Source of the DNA: Enterobacteria phage vB_EcoM_IME339
Reading direction: 5' to 3' (one strand)
Sequence record: MH051915
Length of the DNA: 64,000 nucleotides
Within the stretch, counting starts at the first letter, position 1, and each line of letters opens with the position of its first letter. Below, one piece after another: positions 48,404-58,011 of this stretch. The translations under genes were made by a program, and so were the position numbers. Under the pieces are notes generated by a model, which had not been told where the DNA came from, did no database searches, and saw only the letters and a list, made by a program, of their open reading frames with translations.

Positions 48404-49585
48404 ATGTCTATTGCAGATTTAAAATCCCGTTTGATTAAAGCTTCCACTTCTAAAATGACTGCTGAACTGACTACATCTAAATTCTTTAATGAAAAGGATG
48501 TAATCCGTACAAAAATTCCAATGCTTAATATCGCTATTTCCGGCGCGATTGATGGTGGTATGCAGTCTGGTTTAACTATTTTTGCAGGTCCTTCTAAACA
48601 CTTTAAATCAAATATGTCTTTGACTATGGTTGCGGCGTATTTGAACAAATATCCTGATGCGGTTTGTCTATTTTATGATAGCGAATTTGGTATTACTCCA
48701 GCTTATTTGCGATCCATGGGAGTTGACCCGGAACGAGTAATTCATACACCAATCCAGTCAGTTGAACAACTGAAAATTGATATGGTGAATCAGCTTGAAG
48801 CTATTGAGCGCGGTGAAAAAGTTATTGTATTCATCGACTCAATCGGTAATATGGCTTCTAAGAAAGAAACGGAAGATGCCTTGAATGAAAAATCTGTGGC
48901 AGATATGACTCGTGCTAAATCACTGAAGTCATTATTCCGTATTGTTACTCCTTATTTTAGTATTAAAAACATTCCGTGCGTTGCGGTTAACCATACAATT
49001 GAAACAATTGAAATGTTTAGTAAAACCGTGATGACAGGTGGTACAGGCGTAATGTATTCGGCTGATACTGTATTCATTATCGGTAAGCGTCAGATTAAAG
49101 ATGGTTCTGATCTTCAGGGGTATCAATTTGTTCTAAATGTAGAAAAATCTCGTACCGTTAAAGAAAAAAGTAAATTCTTTATTGATGTTAAATTTGACGG
49201 TGGTATCGATCCTTATTCTGGATTGTTAGATATGGCTCTTGAATTAGGATTTGTAGTAAAACCTAAAAATGGCTGGTATGCTCGTGAATTTCTTGATGAA
49301 GAAACCGGCGAGATGATTCGCGAAGAAAAATCTTGGCGTGCAAAAGATACCAACTGTACTACATTCTGGGGTCCTTTATTTAAGCATCAACCATTCCGAG
49401 ATGCTATTAAACGCGCTTATCAGTTGGGTGCTATTGATAGTAATGAAATTGTTGAAGCTGAAGTTGATGAATTGATTAACTCAAAGGTTGAAAAATTTAA
49501 ATCTCCAGAAAGTAAAAGTAAATCAGCAGCTGATTTAGAAACTGACCTAGATCAGTTAAGTGATATGGAAGAATTTAATGAATAA
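48404..49585 (+). CDS. uvsX: recombinase UvsX (RecA-like)
   Basis: 393 aa MSIADLKSRLIKASTSKMTAELTTSKFFNEKDVIRTKIPMLNIAISGAIDGG...; Walker A GPSKHFKSN. Confidence 0.95.
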   Translation: MSIADLKSRLIKASTSKMTAELTTSKFFNEKDVIRTKIPMLNIAISGAIDGGMQSGLTIFAGPSKHFKSNMSLTMVAAYLNKYPDAVCLFYDSEFGITPAYLRSMGVDPERVIHTPIQSVEQLKIDMVNQLEAIERGEKVIVFIDSIGNMASKKETEDALNEKSVADMTRAKSLKSLFRIVTPYFSIKNIPCVAVNHTIETIEMFSKTVMTGGTGVMYSADTVFIIGKRQIKDGSDLQGYQFVLNVEKSRTVKEKSKFFIDVKFDGGIDPYSGLLDMALELGFVVKPKNGWYAREFLDEETGEMIREEKSWRAKDTNCTTFWGPLFKHQPFRDAIKRAYQLGAIDSNEIVEAEVDELINSKVEKFKSPESKSKSAADLETDLDQLSDMEEFNE

Positions 49586-49916
49586 AGATGATTTAGATCT
49601 AGAAATTATCGATGAATCCCCCTCTTCGGAGGGGGAAGAAGAAAGAAAAGAACGTCTTTTTAATGAATCTCTTAAGATAATTAAATCTGCCATGGAAAAT
49701 GTTATCCAGGAGATTGTCATTAAACTAGAAGATGGTTCTACACACATTGTGTATGTGACAAAATTAGATTGGGTTGATGGAAAAGTCGTAATGGACTTTG
49801 CTGTTCTTGACCAAGAAAGAAAAGCTGAGTTAGCTCCTCATGTAGAAAAATGTATTACAATGCAACTACAAGATGCATTTAATAAAAGGTCAAAGAAAAA
49901 ATTTAAATTCTTTTAA
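49560..49916 (+). CDS. 40: gp40 (head vertex assembly chaperone)
   Basis: 118 aa ORF between uvsX and 41; start overlaps uvsX 3' end. Confidence 0.65.
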   Translation: MIWKNLMNKDDLDLEIIDESPSSEGEEERKERLFNESLKIIKSAMENVIQEIVIKLEDGSTHIVYVTKLDWVDGKVVMDFAVLDQERKAELAPHVEKCITMQLQDAFNKRSKKKFKFF

Positions 49917-49925
49917 GGAGTAAGT

Positions 49926-51353
49926 GTGGTAGAAATTATTCTTTCTCATCTCATATTTGATCAAGCTTATTTTTCAAAAGTTTGGCCATATATGGATTCA
50001 GAATATTTTGAAAGTGGTCCAGCTAAAAATACATTCAAATTAATTAAATCTCATGTCAATGAGTACCATAGCGTTCCATCTATTAATGCGTTAAATGTTG
50101 CATTAGAAAATAGTTCATTTACTGAAACAGAATATTCTGGTGTAAAAACACTTATTTCAAAACTGGCTGATTCTCCGGAAGACCATAGCTGGTTAGTAAA
50201 AGAAACAGAAAAATATGTTCAGCAAAGGGCGATGTTTAATGCTACGTCTAAAATAATTGAAATTCAAACTAATGCTGAGCTTCCTCCGGAAAAACGAAAT
50301 AAGAAAATGCCAGATGTAGGTGCTATTCCTGACATCATGCGTCAAGCATTATCAATTTCATTTGATAGTTACGTTGGTCATGATTGGATGGATGACTACG
50401 AAGCGCGTTGGCTATCTTATATGAATAAAGCTCGTAAGGTTCCATTTAAACTCAAAATTCTAAATAAAATTACTAAAGGCGGAGCTGAAACTGGAACACT
50501 GAACGTTTTAATGGCTGGTGTTAACGTTGGTAAGTCATTAGGTCTGTGTTCATTGGCAGCAGATTATTTACAGCTCGGTCATAATGTTCTTTACATTTCA
50601 ATGGAAATGGCAGAAGAAGTCTGTGCTAAGCGTATTGACGCTAATATGCTCGATGTTTCTCTTGATGACATTGATGATGGGCATATTTCTTACGCTGAAT
50701 ATAAAGGAAAAATGGAAAAATGGCGTGAGAAATCTACTCTTGGACGTTTAATCGTTAAACAGTATCCTACTGGTGGAGCAGACGCTAATACATTTCGATC
50801 GCTTTTAAATGAATTAAAGCTCAAGAAGAATTTTGTTCCAACAATCATTATTGTTGACTATCTGGGTATTTGTAAATCTTGCCGCATTAGAGTTTATTCA
50901 GAAAATAGTTACACAACTGTTAAAGCCATCGCAGAAGAATTGCGTGCTCTGGCTGTTGAAACCGAAACTGTTCTTTGGACTGCAGCACAGGTTGGTAAGC
51001 AAGCTTGGGATTCTTCTGATGTTAACATGAGCGATATTGCAGAATCTGCCGGTCTTCCAGCAACAGCCGATTTTATGCTTGCGGTCATTGAAACCGAGGA
51101 GTTAGCAGCTGCTGAACAACAACTAATTAAGCAAATCAAATCACGATATGGTGATAAGAATAAATGGAATAAGTTTTTGATGGGTGTTCAAAAAGGAAAT
51201 CAGAAATGGGTAGAAATTGAACAAGATTCTACTCCAACTGAAGTGAACGAAGTGGCAGGTTCACAGCAGATTCAAGCTGAGCAGAATCGCTATCAAAGAA
51301 ATGAATCGGCTCGAGCTCAGTTAGATGCTTTGGCAAATGAATTAAAATTTTAG
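49926..51353 (+). CDS. 41: replicative DNA helicase gp41 (DnaB-like)
   Basis: 475 aa MVEIILSHLIFDQAYFSKVWPYMDSEYFESGPAKNTF...; Walker A GVNVGKS; GTG start in track. Confidence 0.95.
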   Translation: MVEIILSHLIFDQAYFSKVWPYMDSEYFESGPAKNTFKLIKSHVNEYHSVPSINALNVALENSSFTETEYSGVKTLISKLADSPEDHSWLVKETEKYVQQRAMFNATSKIIEIQTNAELPPEKRNKKMPDVGAIPDIMRQALSISFDSYVGHDWMDDYEARWLSYMNKARKVPFKLKILNKITKGGAETGTLNVLMAGVNVGKSLGLCSLAADYLQLGHNVLYISMEMAEEVCAKRIDANMLDVSLDDIDDGHISYAEYKGKMEKWREKSTLGRLIVKQYPTGGADANTFRSLLNELKLKKNFVPTIIIVDYLGICKSCRIRVYSENSYTTVKAIAEELRALAVETETVLWTAAQVGKQAWDSSDVNMSDIAESAGLPATADFMLAVIETEELAAAEQQLIKQIKSRYGDKNKWNKFLMGVQKGNQKWVEIEQDSTPTEVNEVAGSQQIQAEQNRYQRNESARAQLDALANELKF

Positions 51354-51384
51354 TTTACAAGCTGACAAGACTATGGTATAGTAG
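51351..51384 (+). promoter_or_regulatory. T4-type early promoter upstream of dmd
   Basis: taGTTTACAagctgacaagactatggTATAGT. Confidence 0.55.
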
Positions 51385-51411
51385 TCTTGTTGGTTAAATG
51401 GGGAGATTGTT

Positions 51412-51594
51412 ATGGAATTGGTAAAGGTAGTTTTTATGGGGTGGTTTAAGAATGAAAGCATGTTTACTAAAGAAATCACAATGATGAAAGATGACGTTCA
51501 ATGGGCTACTACTCAATATGCTGAAGTTAATAAAGCATTAGTTAAAGCTTTCATTGATGACAAGAAAGTATGTGAAGTTGATTGTCGAGGATAA
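51412..51594 (+). CDS. dmd: Dmd-like antitoxin (inhibitor of RnlA/LsoA toxins)
   Basis: 60 aa ORF immediately downstream of 41, the T4 dmd position; size matches. Confidence 0.65.
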   Translation: MELVKVVFMGWFKNESMFTKEITMMKDDVQWATTQYAEVNKALVKAFIDDKKVCEVDCRG

Positions 51595-51595
51595 T

Positions 51596-51838
51596 ATGCA
51601 TATTGTTTTATTTAAACCTACTCCGTATAATGTCAGGAAAAATACTCAATTCAAAGCACTTGTTGCAGATACGTGGGAATTGGTGTTAGATATTCCAGCA
51701 GAAGAAAGTCCTCCATTTGGTCGAGTGGAATTTATTAAGTTTGCTGTGCGCCCTACGAAGCGACAGATTCGCCAATGCAAAAGATACTTTCGTAAAATCG
51801 TCAAGTTAGAGAAACAGTTATTGATGCTAGTAAAATAG
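51596..51838 (+). CDS. basic hypothetical protein
   Basis: ATG 51596 (ORF track 51554). Confidence 0.5.
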   Translation: MHIVLFKPTPYNVRKNTQFKALVADTWELVLDIPAEESPPFGRVEFIKFAVRPTKRQIRQCKRYFRKIVKLEKQLLMLVK

Positions 51839-51872
51839 TAGTTTACAAGCTGATAGAGTTGTGTTATAGTAA
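51839..51872 (+). promoter_or_regulatory. T4-type early promoter
   Basis: aGTTTACAagctgatagagttgtgtTATAGT. Confidence 0.55.
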
Positions 51873-51901
51873 TTCTATCAGCTAATCGCGGAGAAAAGAA
51901 A

Positions 51902-52156
51902 ATGATGCTAGTTAATAGAGAATATCAGTTTAAATCAGAAGAAGATTTGGAAAAATTCGCGAGTGGTTGTGAACTGAATAGACGCACAGCTAAAGTCATA
52001 GGATTAAAACCCTTTACAGTTCTAGATTGTGAAGTTTCTAAATTCCGCAGAGGGTGTTCTATTAGCGGTCATGCTCTGGTTGATGGGAACACATTTTTCT
52101 TTGTTTTTAGCGTCAGAGAACTTTTATTGATTAACGAACTTGAGGAAATAAAATAG
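51902..52156 (+). CDS. hypothetical protein
   Basis: 84 aa ORF after early promoter. Confidence 0.5.
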   Translation: MMLVNREYQFKSEEDLEKFASGCELNRRTAKVIGLKPFTVLDCEVSKFRRGCSISGHALVDGNTFFFVFSVRELLLINELEEIK

Positions 52157-52208
52157 TTTACTTTTATTTTAAACATGTTATTATAGACCTATCAAAACAA
52201 ACGAGTAA

Positions 52209-52403
52209 ATGGAGAACAAAATGTCTAAAGTATCAGGTTATCAATTATTAACACAAGAACAACGTTCAGAGATGGATTCTTTACAAGAACGGTGTCAGCA
52301 TAGAAATAACGCACTTGATTCATTTTTATTAGTTGAATATGAAAACTTGTGCTCTAGACTTGAAAAAGAATATGTTCATCAACATGAAGGAGGAGAAGAA
52401 TGA
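52209..52403 (+). CDS. hypothetical protein
   Basis: 64 aa ORF. Confidence 0.45.
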   Translation: MENKMSKVSGYQLLTQEQRSEMDSLQERCQHRNNALDSFLLVEYENLCSRLEKEYVHQHEGGEE

Positions 52404-52506
52404 AACTGAAATCACCAATTATTGCAATTTGTCTGTTTGCTTCTACTAGTGTTTACTTTTGTTGAAAATTGAGATACTATAAACATAAACTACTGAGGAG
52501 ATTATC

Positions 52507-52800
52507 ATGAAAAAATTTATCTTTGCTGCAATTTTTGCTTTATCTTCTTGCGCTGCTCAGCCTGCTATGGCGGGTTATGACAAAGATTTGTGTGAATGGT
52601 CTATGACTGCAGATCAGACTGAAGTTGAAACTCAAATTGAAGCAGATATTATGAATATCGTTGAGCGTGATCGTCCTGAAATGAAAGCTGAAGTGCAAAA
52701 ACAGCTTAAGTCTGGTGGTGTAATGCAGTATAATTATGTTCTATATTGCGATAAAAACTTTAATAATAAAAATATCATCGCTGAAGTGGTAGGTGAGTAA
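52507..52800 (+). CDS. sp: periplasmic spackle-like protein (lysozyme inhibitor / superinfection exclusion)
   Basis: 97 aa with signal peptide MKKFIFAAIFALSSCAAQPAMA; size and position as T4 Sp. Confidence 0.6.
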   Translation: MKKFIFAAIFALSSCAAQPAMAGYDKDLCEWSMTADQTEVETQIEADIMNIVERDRPEMKAEVQKQLKSGGVMQYNYVLYCDKNFNNKNIIAEVVGE

Positions 52801-52812
52801 TTAGAGGTTAGT

Positions 52813-53169
52813 ATGTATAGTTCTGAATTTTCATATTTAAAAATGGAAAAAATTTCATACGATTTTATAGATGAAAAGGTTTATTACAGTTTCCATGAAC
52901 CATGTTTTAATAGTGAGGTCGGGTTTATTGTAGTAAAAGACAATTTCATTTTAAAAATATATTCGGCATTAAAGGATTTTCACTACGAAAATATTAACCT
53001 AAAATTTGACAAAGAAAACGTTCGTAATTGCGCAGTAACAATTACAGGAAATAAAGGTACATGCGTTATGCTATCTGATGAAATTAATGATTTGTTAAAT
53101 GATGCCGAAAAGGTTGCTATTCCATCGATTGATGACCAAATTTTTAATGCTTTTATGAATAGAGGTTAA
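52813..53169 (+). CDS. hypothetical protein (61.2 position)
   Basis: 118 aa ORF. Confidence 0.5.
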   Translation: MYSSEFSYLKMEKISYDFIDEKVYYSFHEPCFNSEVGFIVVKDNFILKIYSALKDFHYENINLKFDKENVRNCAVTITGNKGTCVMLSDEINDLLNDAEKVAIPSIDDQIFNAFMNRG

Positions 53170-53170
53170 T

Positions 53171-53335
53171 GTGAAAACATATAAAGAATTTATCAAAGAA
53201 GATATGGTAGCTGGAGATTCGGGTGGTAATCCTGAAAATATCTCCACTGGAACAACATCAGGCGCTGTAGTAAATAAAGGTCCTGAACAGATTCCTAAAA
53301 AGAAAAAAGAGGAATCTAAAGAAAAAGAAGAGTAA
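53171..53335 (+). CDS. small protein with capsid-targeting-like N-terminus
   Basis: GTG-start ORF VKTYKEFIKEDMVAGDSGG...; 54 aa; Lys/Glu-rich tail; start codon uncertain. Confidence 0.3.
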   Translation: MKTYKEFIKEDMVAGDSGGNPENISTGTTSGAVVNKGPEQIPKKKKEESKEKEE

Positions 53336-53337
53336 AA

Positions 53338-54366
53338 ATGTCATCAATACCTTGGATTGATAATGAGTTTGCATATCGTGCATTAGCTCATTTACCTAAA
53401 TTCACACAAGTAAATAATAGTTCAACTTTTAAATTACGGTTTAGATGCCCCGTTTGCGGAGATTCAAAAACCGACCAAAATAAAGCCCGTGGATGGTATT
53501 ACGGCGATAATAATGAAGGAAATATTCATTGTTATAACTGTAACTATCATGCACCAATCGGAATATATTTAAAGGAGTTTGAACCCGATTTATATCGTGA
53601 GTATATCTTTGAAATAAGAAAAGAAAAAGGTAAAAGTCGTCCAGTAGAAAAACTTAAAGAACTTCCTAAACAACCTGAGAAGAAAATAATTAAATCTCTT
53701 CCGTCATGCGTTAGATTAGATAAACTGGCGGAAGACCATCCAATTATAAAATATGTAAAAGCTCGCTGTATTCCAAAGGATAAATGGAAATATCTTTGGT
53801 TTACAACCGAATGGCCTAAATTAGTTAATAGCATAGCACCAGGAACATACAAAAAGGAAATACCTGAGCCTCGTCTTGTTATTCCAATTTATAATGCTAA
53901 TGGAAAAGCTGAGTCTTTTCAAGGACGTGCATTAAAGAAAGATGCTCCTCAAAAATATATCACCATCAAAGCTTATCCTGAGGCAACAAAAATTTATGGA
54001 GTTGAACGAGTCAAAGATGGTGATGTATATGTTCTAGAAGGACCCATAGATTCACTTTTTATTGAAAATGGTATAGCTATTACGGGTGGTCAATTAGACC
54101 TAGAAATTGTTCCATTTAAAGATAGACGTGTGTGGGTTTTAGATAATGAACCTCGTCATCCTGACACTATTAAACGAATGACTAAATTAGTTGATGCAGG
54201 AGAAAGGGTTATGTTTTGGGACAAATCTCCCTGGAAATCAAAAGATGTTAATGATATGATTAGAAAGGAAGGTGCAACCCCTGAACAAATTATGGAATAT
54301 ATGAAAAATAATATTGCTCAAGGGTTGATGGCTAAAATGCGGCTATCTAAATATGCTAAGATTTAA
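53338..54366 (+). CDS. 61: DNA primase gp61
   Basis: 342 aa; zinc ribbon CPVCGDSK...CYNCNYH; TOPRIM-like region. Confidence 0.93.
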   Translation: MSSIPWIDNEFAYRALAHLPKFTQVNNSSTFKLRFRCPVCGDSKTDQNKARGWYYGDNNEGNIHCYNCNYHAPIGIYLKEFEPDLYREYIFEIRKEKGKSRPVEKLKELPKQPEKKIIKSLPSCVRLDKLAEDHPIIKYVKARCIPKDKWKYLWFTTEWPKLVNSIAPGTYKKEIPEPRLVIPIYNANGKAESFQGRALKKDAPQKYITIKAYPEATKIYGVERVKDGDVYVLEGPIDSLFIENGIAITGGQLDLEIVPFKDRRVWVLDNEPRHPDTIKRMTKLVDAGERVMFWDKSPWKSKDVNDMIRKEGATPEQIMEYMKNNIAQGLMAKMRLSKYAKI

Positions 54367-54563
54367 ATTAACCCAACCAAAGCAAATGCTAAATCTACGA
54401 ATGTATCAAGAGTAATTACTGGAATACTAACGCCATGAGCAATAGCAACTGGCGATAAAACAAAATTCCAAAGTAAAATTCCTATCATAGCAGAAATAGT
54501 AAAAGCTATACGTTTTTTATTACCTTTTATGGCATTAACAAGTGCCATTAATTTTTGTACCAT
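54363..54563 (-). CDS. small membrane protein encoded antisense in the 61-56 gap
   Basis: 66 aa minus-strand ORF, two hydrophobic helices, in an otherwise non-coding spacer. Confidence 0.35.
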   Translation of the reverse strand: MVQKLMALVNAIKGNKKRIAFTISAMIGILLWNFVLSPVAIAHGVSIPVITLDTFVDLAFALVGLI

Positions 54564-54574
54564 ATATCCTCCTT

Positions 54575-54600
54575 ATTGCTTTATATATTTATTGTATAAT
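54575..54600 (+). promoter_or_regulatory. T4 middle promoter (MotA box + -10) for gene 56
   Basis: atTGCTTTAtatatttattgTATAAT. Confidence 0.55.
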
Positions 54601-54634
54601 TAATCTACTAATCCATGAATTGAAAGGAAAAATA

Positions 54635-55153
54635 ATGGCATACTTTAATGAATGCGCTCATTTGATCGAAGGTGTTGATAAAGCAAATCGTGCATATGCT
54701 GAGAATATTATGCACAATATTGACCCGCTGCAGGTTATGCTTGATATGCAGCGGCATTTACAAATTCGTTTGGCTAACGATAAACCAGAAACAAATCGTC
54801 ATCCCGATTCACTTGAAACTGCGGGAGAAGTTCTTGCTTGGCTGCGAAACCAAGACGATTATATCGCAGACGAAACTCGCGAGCTATATACTTCTCTTGG
54901 TGGTATGAGCAATGGCGAAAAAGAAGCTTCTGCTGTATGGAAACCTTGGAAGAAACGTTATTCTGAAATGCAATCCAAGAAAATTCAAGATTTATCTCCT
55001 GAAGATCAACTTGAAATTAAATTTGAATTGATTGATCAATTTCACTTTTTCATGAATAAATTCATTGCTCTTGGAATGTCAGCTGAAGAAATCTTTAAAC
55101 TTTATTATTTGAAAAATGCTGAAAACTTCGCTCGTCAAGATCGAGGTTATTAA
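54635..55153 (+). CDS. 56: dCTPase/dUTPase gp56 (MazG-like)
   Basis: 172 aa from ATG 54635: MAYFNECAHLIEGVDKANRAYAENIMH...; ORF track start 54542 runs through promoter. Confidence 0.85.
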   Translation: MAYFNECAHLIEGVDKANRAYAENIMHNIDPLQVMLDMQRHLQIRLANDKPETNRHPDSLETAGEVLAWLRNQDDYIADETRELYTSLGGMSNGEKEASAVWKPWKKRYSEMQSKKIQDLSPEDQLEIKFELIDQFHFFMNKFIALGMSAEEIFKLYYLKNAENFARQDRGY

Positions 55154-55353
55154 TGGCTCGTTTAAATAAACGCCAGCTTAAGAAAGCCCACAAGAAACGT
55201 ATTGACCAGCTATTTAAAAATTATGACAAAGAGCTCGTGTGTGAGCTCTTATCTAATCAGCTTCGTGCGGTTGATTGGGTTGTAGAAGAAGGTCCTGATG
55301 AAATTTTTGTCAGCGAAGAAGCCTTAAAATTAATTATAGAGCATTCAAAATGA
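55153..55353 (+). CDS. basic hypothetical protein
   Basis: 66 aa ORF, TAATG junction with 56. Confidence 0.5.
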   Translation: MARLNKRQLKKAHKKRIDQLFKNYDKELVCELLSNQLRAVDWVVEEGPDEIFVSEEALKLIIEHSK

Positions 55354-55523
55354 AAATATCCAAAGAAGAATTTATTAGACGACAAAAAGCTTTAATTAAT
55401 TTACACGAGTGGTATGCTTACCAGCTTAAAGTAGATAGCTCTAATATAAATGCTGTAATGGCTTTATATAAACAAATTCAAGATGAACACGAATTCCTGG
55501 CACAAGTTTTCATTGAAGACTGA
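55350..55523 (+). CDS. small hypothetical protein
   Basis: 57 aa ORF not in track. Confidence 0.4.
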   Translation: MKISKEEFIRRQKALINLHEWYAYQLKVDSSNINAVMALYKQIQDEHEFLAQVFIED

Positions 55524-55531
55524 TATAAATA
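55524..55531 (+). promoter_or_regulatory. T4 late promoter TATAAATA for soc
   Basis: tgaTATAAATAcacc 30 bp upstream of soc ATG. Confidence 0.6.
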
Positions 55532-55562
55532 CACCTGTAATTAAACAATAAAGGAGTTTATT

Positions 55563-55799
55563 ATGGGTGGTTTCGTTAACATCAAGACCTTTACTCATCC
55601 AGCGGGTGAAGGCAAAGAAGTTAAAGGTATGGAAGTTTCTGTTCCGTTTGAAATTTATTCTAACGAGCATCGTATCGCAGATTCTCATTATCAGATCTTT
55701 CCGTCAGAAAAGGCAGCATATTCTACTGTAGTTTCTGATGCAGCTGATTGGAAAACTAAGAATGCTGCAATGTTTACGCCTACACAAATAGGTGGTTAA
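55563..55799 (+). CDS. soc: small outer capsid protein Soc
   Basis: 78 aa; ...VNIKTF...YQIFPSEKAAYSTV... clearly related to remembered T4 Soc, diverged. Confidence 0.8.
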   Translation: MGGFVNIKTFTHPAGEGKEVKGMEVSVPFEIYSNEHRIADSHYQIFPSEKAAYSTVVSDAADWKTKNAAMFTPTQIGG

Positions 55800-55807
55800 T
55801 AATTCAA

Positions 55808-55832
55808 GGACTCCTCCGGGAGTCCTTTTTTC
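55808..55832 (+). terminator. intrinsic terminator
   Basis: ggactcctccgggagtcc + tttttt. Confidence 0.7.
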
Positions 55833-55839
55833 ATTTTAC

Positions 55840-55873
55840 TGGTTTACTTTCCAAAATGAGTATGGTATAATAA
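55840..55873 (+). promoter_or_regulatory. T4-type early promoter
   Basis: ctgGTTTACtttccaaaatgagtatggTATAAT. Confidence 0.55.
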
Positions 55874-55897
55874 AATTATCTTATAGAGGAGAGCACT

Positions 55898-56104
55898 ATG
55901 TTAAATCGTTGGATTAAACCAAATGAAGATTTAGATATTATCATTTCACGGCATGTAATGAAGAAATATGAACTGCAGCCATGGTCTACAGAAGTTGTTG
56001 TGCATTCATTTATGATGTACGCAGATGGTTCTGTCGAATTTAATGCAGAAATTCGATATGATTATGGCGAGAAGCAAGTCGAATTCAAGAGAGGCTTTTT
56101 GTAA
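55898..56104 (+). CDS. hypothetical protein
   Basis: 68 aa ORF. Confidence 0.5.
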   Translation: MLNRWIKPNEDLDIIISRHVMKKYELQPWSTEVVVHSFMMYADGSVEFNAEIRYDYGEKQVEFKRGFL

Positions 56105-56445
56105 TGTTTATCTTTAATTGGTTTAAAAGCTTCTTTACAGATTTTTTCTCTACAACTCCTGGAGAAGGTGTAGTTCCTATTTCAAATGACTACCTTCCTT
56201 TAACTGTAGTTGAATATGTTTATATGGGAGATGGAACAGTAGAAGCAGTTACTATGACTTATGAAGAAGCCCAAGAATATTATAAAAATCCTTGGCGCTG
56301 GTCAACACCTATTACATCATCTAATACACAGAATACACAGTCTAGTTCTGATTCATATGACACTAATGTTCCTGTTCATGTATGGACGGGCGATTCGTGT
56401 GGAAGTTCTTGTGATTCTAGTTGTTCATCTACATCTTGTGATTGA
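56104..56445 (+). CDS. hypothetical protein with Cys/Ser-rich C-terminus
   Basis: 113 aa; tail [19 protein letters not shown]. Confidence 0.5.
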   Translation: MFIFNWFKSFFTDFFSTTPGEGVVPISNDYLPLTVVEYVYMGDGTVEAVTMTYEEAQEYYKNPWRWSTPITSSNTQNTQSSSDSYDTNVPVHVWTGDSCGSSCDSSCSSTSCD

Positions 56446-56453
56446 GGAAAATT

Positions 56454-56939
56454 ATGGAAGCGATTTTGTTTGAAATGTATATTAGCAGTAAAAGTATGTC
56501 GTTTGCTAAAGACGTTCCAATTACCGTAGCAGTAATGATTGATAAGGGTTATTGTGACCCAATGTATCTCGTAGAAAATTTCGTTTCAATGCCAGTTCCA
56601 GAAGATGCTGAAATAAAACTTAAAAAGATTGGTATTATTGAAACTGTACCAAATATTCCGTTTAGAGCAATTGAAGCATTTACTAAATCCGAATACATTA
56701 ATGTTAGCGCAGAACAATATAATGATAATCCTCTATCTTTCTATTCGTATGATTCAGTATATAGCTGGAAAATAGATAAAGGAAATAAATTTATAATTGT
56801 GAGTGAAGATGCTTTATCATACTTTATTTCTTCTGTATGGAATAGTTTACATCCAAATTTGCTAAAAATTCATGAATTTGATGATGCTCCTACTGTTGTT
56901 TTAGGTAAAACAAATGAAAGTTCTGAAGAAAATGCTTGA
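56454..56939 (+). CDS. hypothetical protein
   Basis: ATG 56454 (ORF track 56442). Confidence 0.5.
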   Translation: MEAILFEMYISSKSMSFAKDVPITVAVMIDKGYCDPMYLVENFVSMPVPEDAEIKLKKIGIIETVPNIPFRAIEAFTKSEYINVSAEQYNDNPLSFYSYDSVYSWKIDKGNKFIIVSEDALSYFISSVWNSLHPNLLKIHEFDDAPTVVLGKTNESSEENA

Positions 56940-57117
56940 ATGGTTCAGTAGACCAAACCCAATGTACATTGACGATGGTTGGGTTGAACAAGCAAATAAA
57001 GAAATGCAGAACGAATCAGAAGAATGGATGAAATCAATGATTAGCATTGAGAAAGAAAAGAAATTAGAACGCTCAGCGCTTAAATTGATGAGAGACATCT
57101 ATGGGGATAAATCATGA
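56914..57117 (+). CDS. hypothetical protein; start uncertain
   Basis: 67 aa ORF overlapping upstream 3' end. Confidence 0.4.
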   Translation: MKVLKKMLEWFSRPNPMYIDDGWVEQANKEMQNESEEWMKSMISIEKEKKLERSALKLMRDIYGDKS

Positions 57118-57278
57118 ACAAAGATATGACGTTAGAAGAGGCCAAGGCTAAAGCAAATGAAGCTTTAGATTTGCTTCTTAAAATTGGCAGTAAAATGATG
57201 GAAGAAAATGAGAAATATATCCAGGAAAACAAAATTCCTGATGGTCCATTAGTAGGCAAAAGGAAATCGCATGATTGA
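57114..57278 (+). CDS. small hypothetical protein
   Basis: 54 aa ORF not in track. Confidence 0.35.
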   Translation: MNKDMTLEEAKAKANEALDLLLKIGSKMMEENEKYIQENKIPDGPLVGKRKSHD

Positions 57279-57753
57279 AGTAGCAAAACATTATTCAATA
57301 GAATTTATGTCTAAAGAAGGTAAATCAGTAAATACACTTGATAAAAAGTGCTCATTAATTATTCCTTTAGCAGAAAATCCGGATATTTTAATTAAAGATA
57401 TAAAAGAAAGAAAATATCCAGAAAATGTTATTCTAATTATAAAGCATACTGAAGATATTTTGCAGAATACTGATTCACCGTTTTCTTCTTCTGAAGCTTT
57501 AACTATTAAAGGCTATAAAAGAGCTCATGAATATGGTCTTTTTGACCTGTTTGAAGACGATAAAGTTAAATTAGCACTTAATTTAGCAGGTCAATCTTCT
57601 AAAAGTAAAACATTCATTATTGAAGATATTAAAGATATAAATGCATTTGTTAAGATGGTCTGGGCTCATTTTGACGTTGGACTACGCTGGAGAATGTCCG
57701 AAGAAGAAAGAAAAATTATTGAAGCTAATCGTTATTTTGGTTTTTATCGCTAG
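57271..57753 (+). CDS. hypothetical protein
   Basis: 160 aa ORF. Confidence 0.5.
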   Translation: MIEVAKHYSIEFMSKEGKSVNTLDKKCSLIIPLAENPDILIKDIKERKYPENVILIIKHTEDILQNTDSPFSSSEALTIKGYKRAHEYGLFDLFEDDKVKLALNLAGQSSKSKTFIIEDIKDINAFVKMVWAHFDVGLRWRMSEEERKIIEANRYFGFYR

Positions 57754-57761
57754 GAATTAAT

Positions 57762-57944
57762 ATGGATTTATTTGAGATGTTAGAAGATAATCATTCTACG
57801 AATATCCAGAATGATTCTAGTGATTATAAGAAAGAGTACCGTATAGTATTACAGAATTATGGAATTGAAGCCCCAGATGCTCTTCTAGAAGAACTAGCTT
57901 CATACCATCTTGACCCTCCGCCCTGGGCTCCCTGGGCAAAATAA
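57762..57944 (+). CDS. small acidic hypothetical protein
   Basis: 60 aa ORF. Confidence 0.45.
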   Translation: MDLFEMLEDNHSTNIQNDSSDYKKEYRIVLQNYGIEAPDALLEELASYHLDPPPWAPWAK

Positions 57945-57953
57945 TTCAAAAAG

Positions 57954-57987
57954 TTGTTTACTTTCCTTCCTAACAATGATATGATAG
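57954..57987 (+). promoter_or_regulatory. T4-type early promoter upstream of modB-like gene
   Basis: aaagttGTTTACtttccttcctaacaatgaTATGAT. Confidence 0.5.
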
Positions 57988-58011
57988 CTTCTGAAGTATA
58001 TGGAGGCTATC

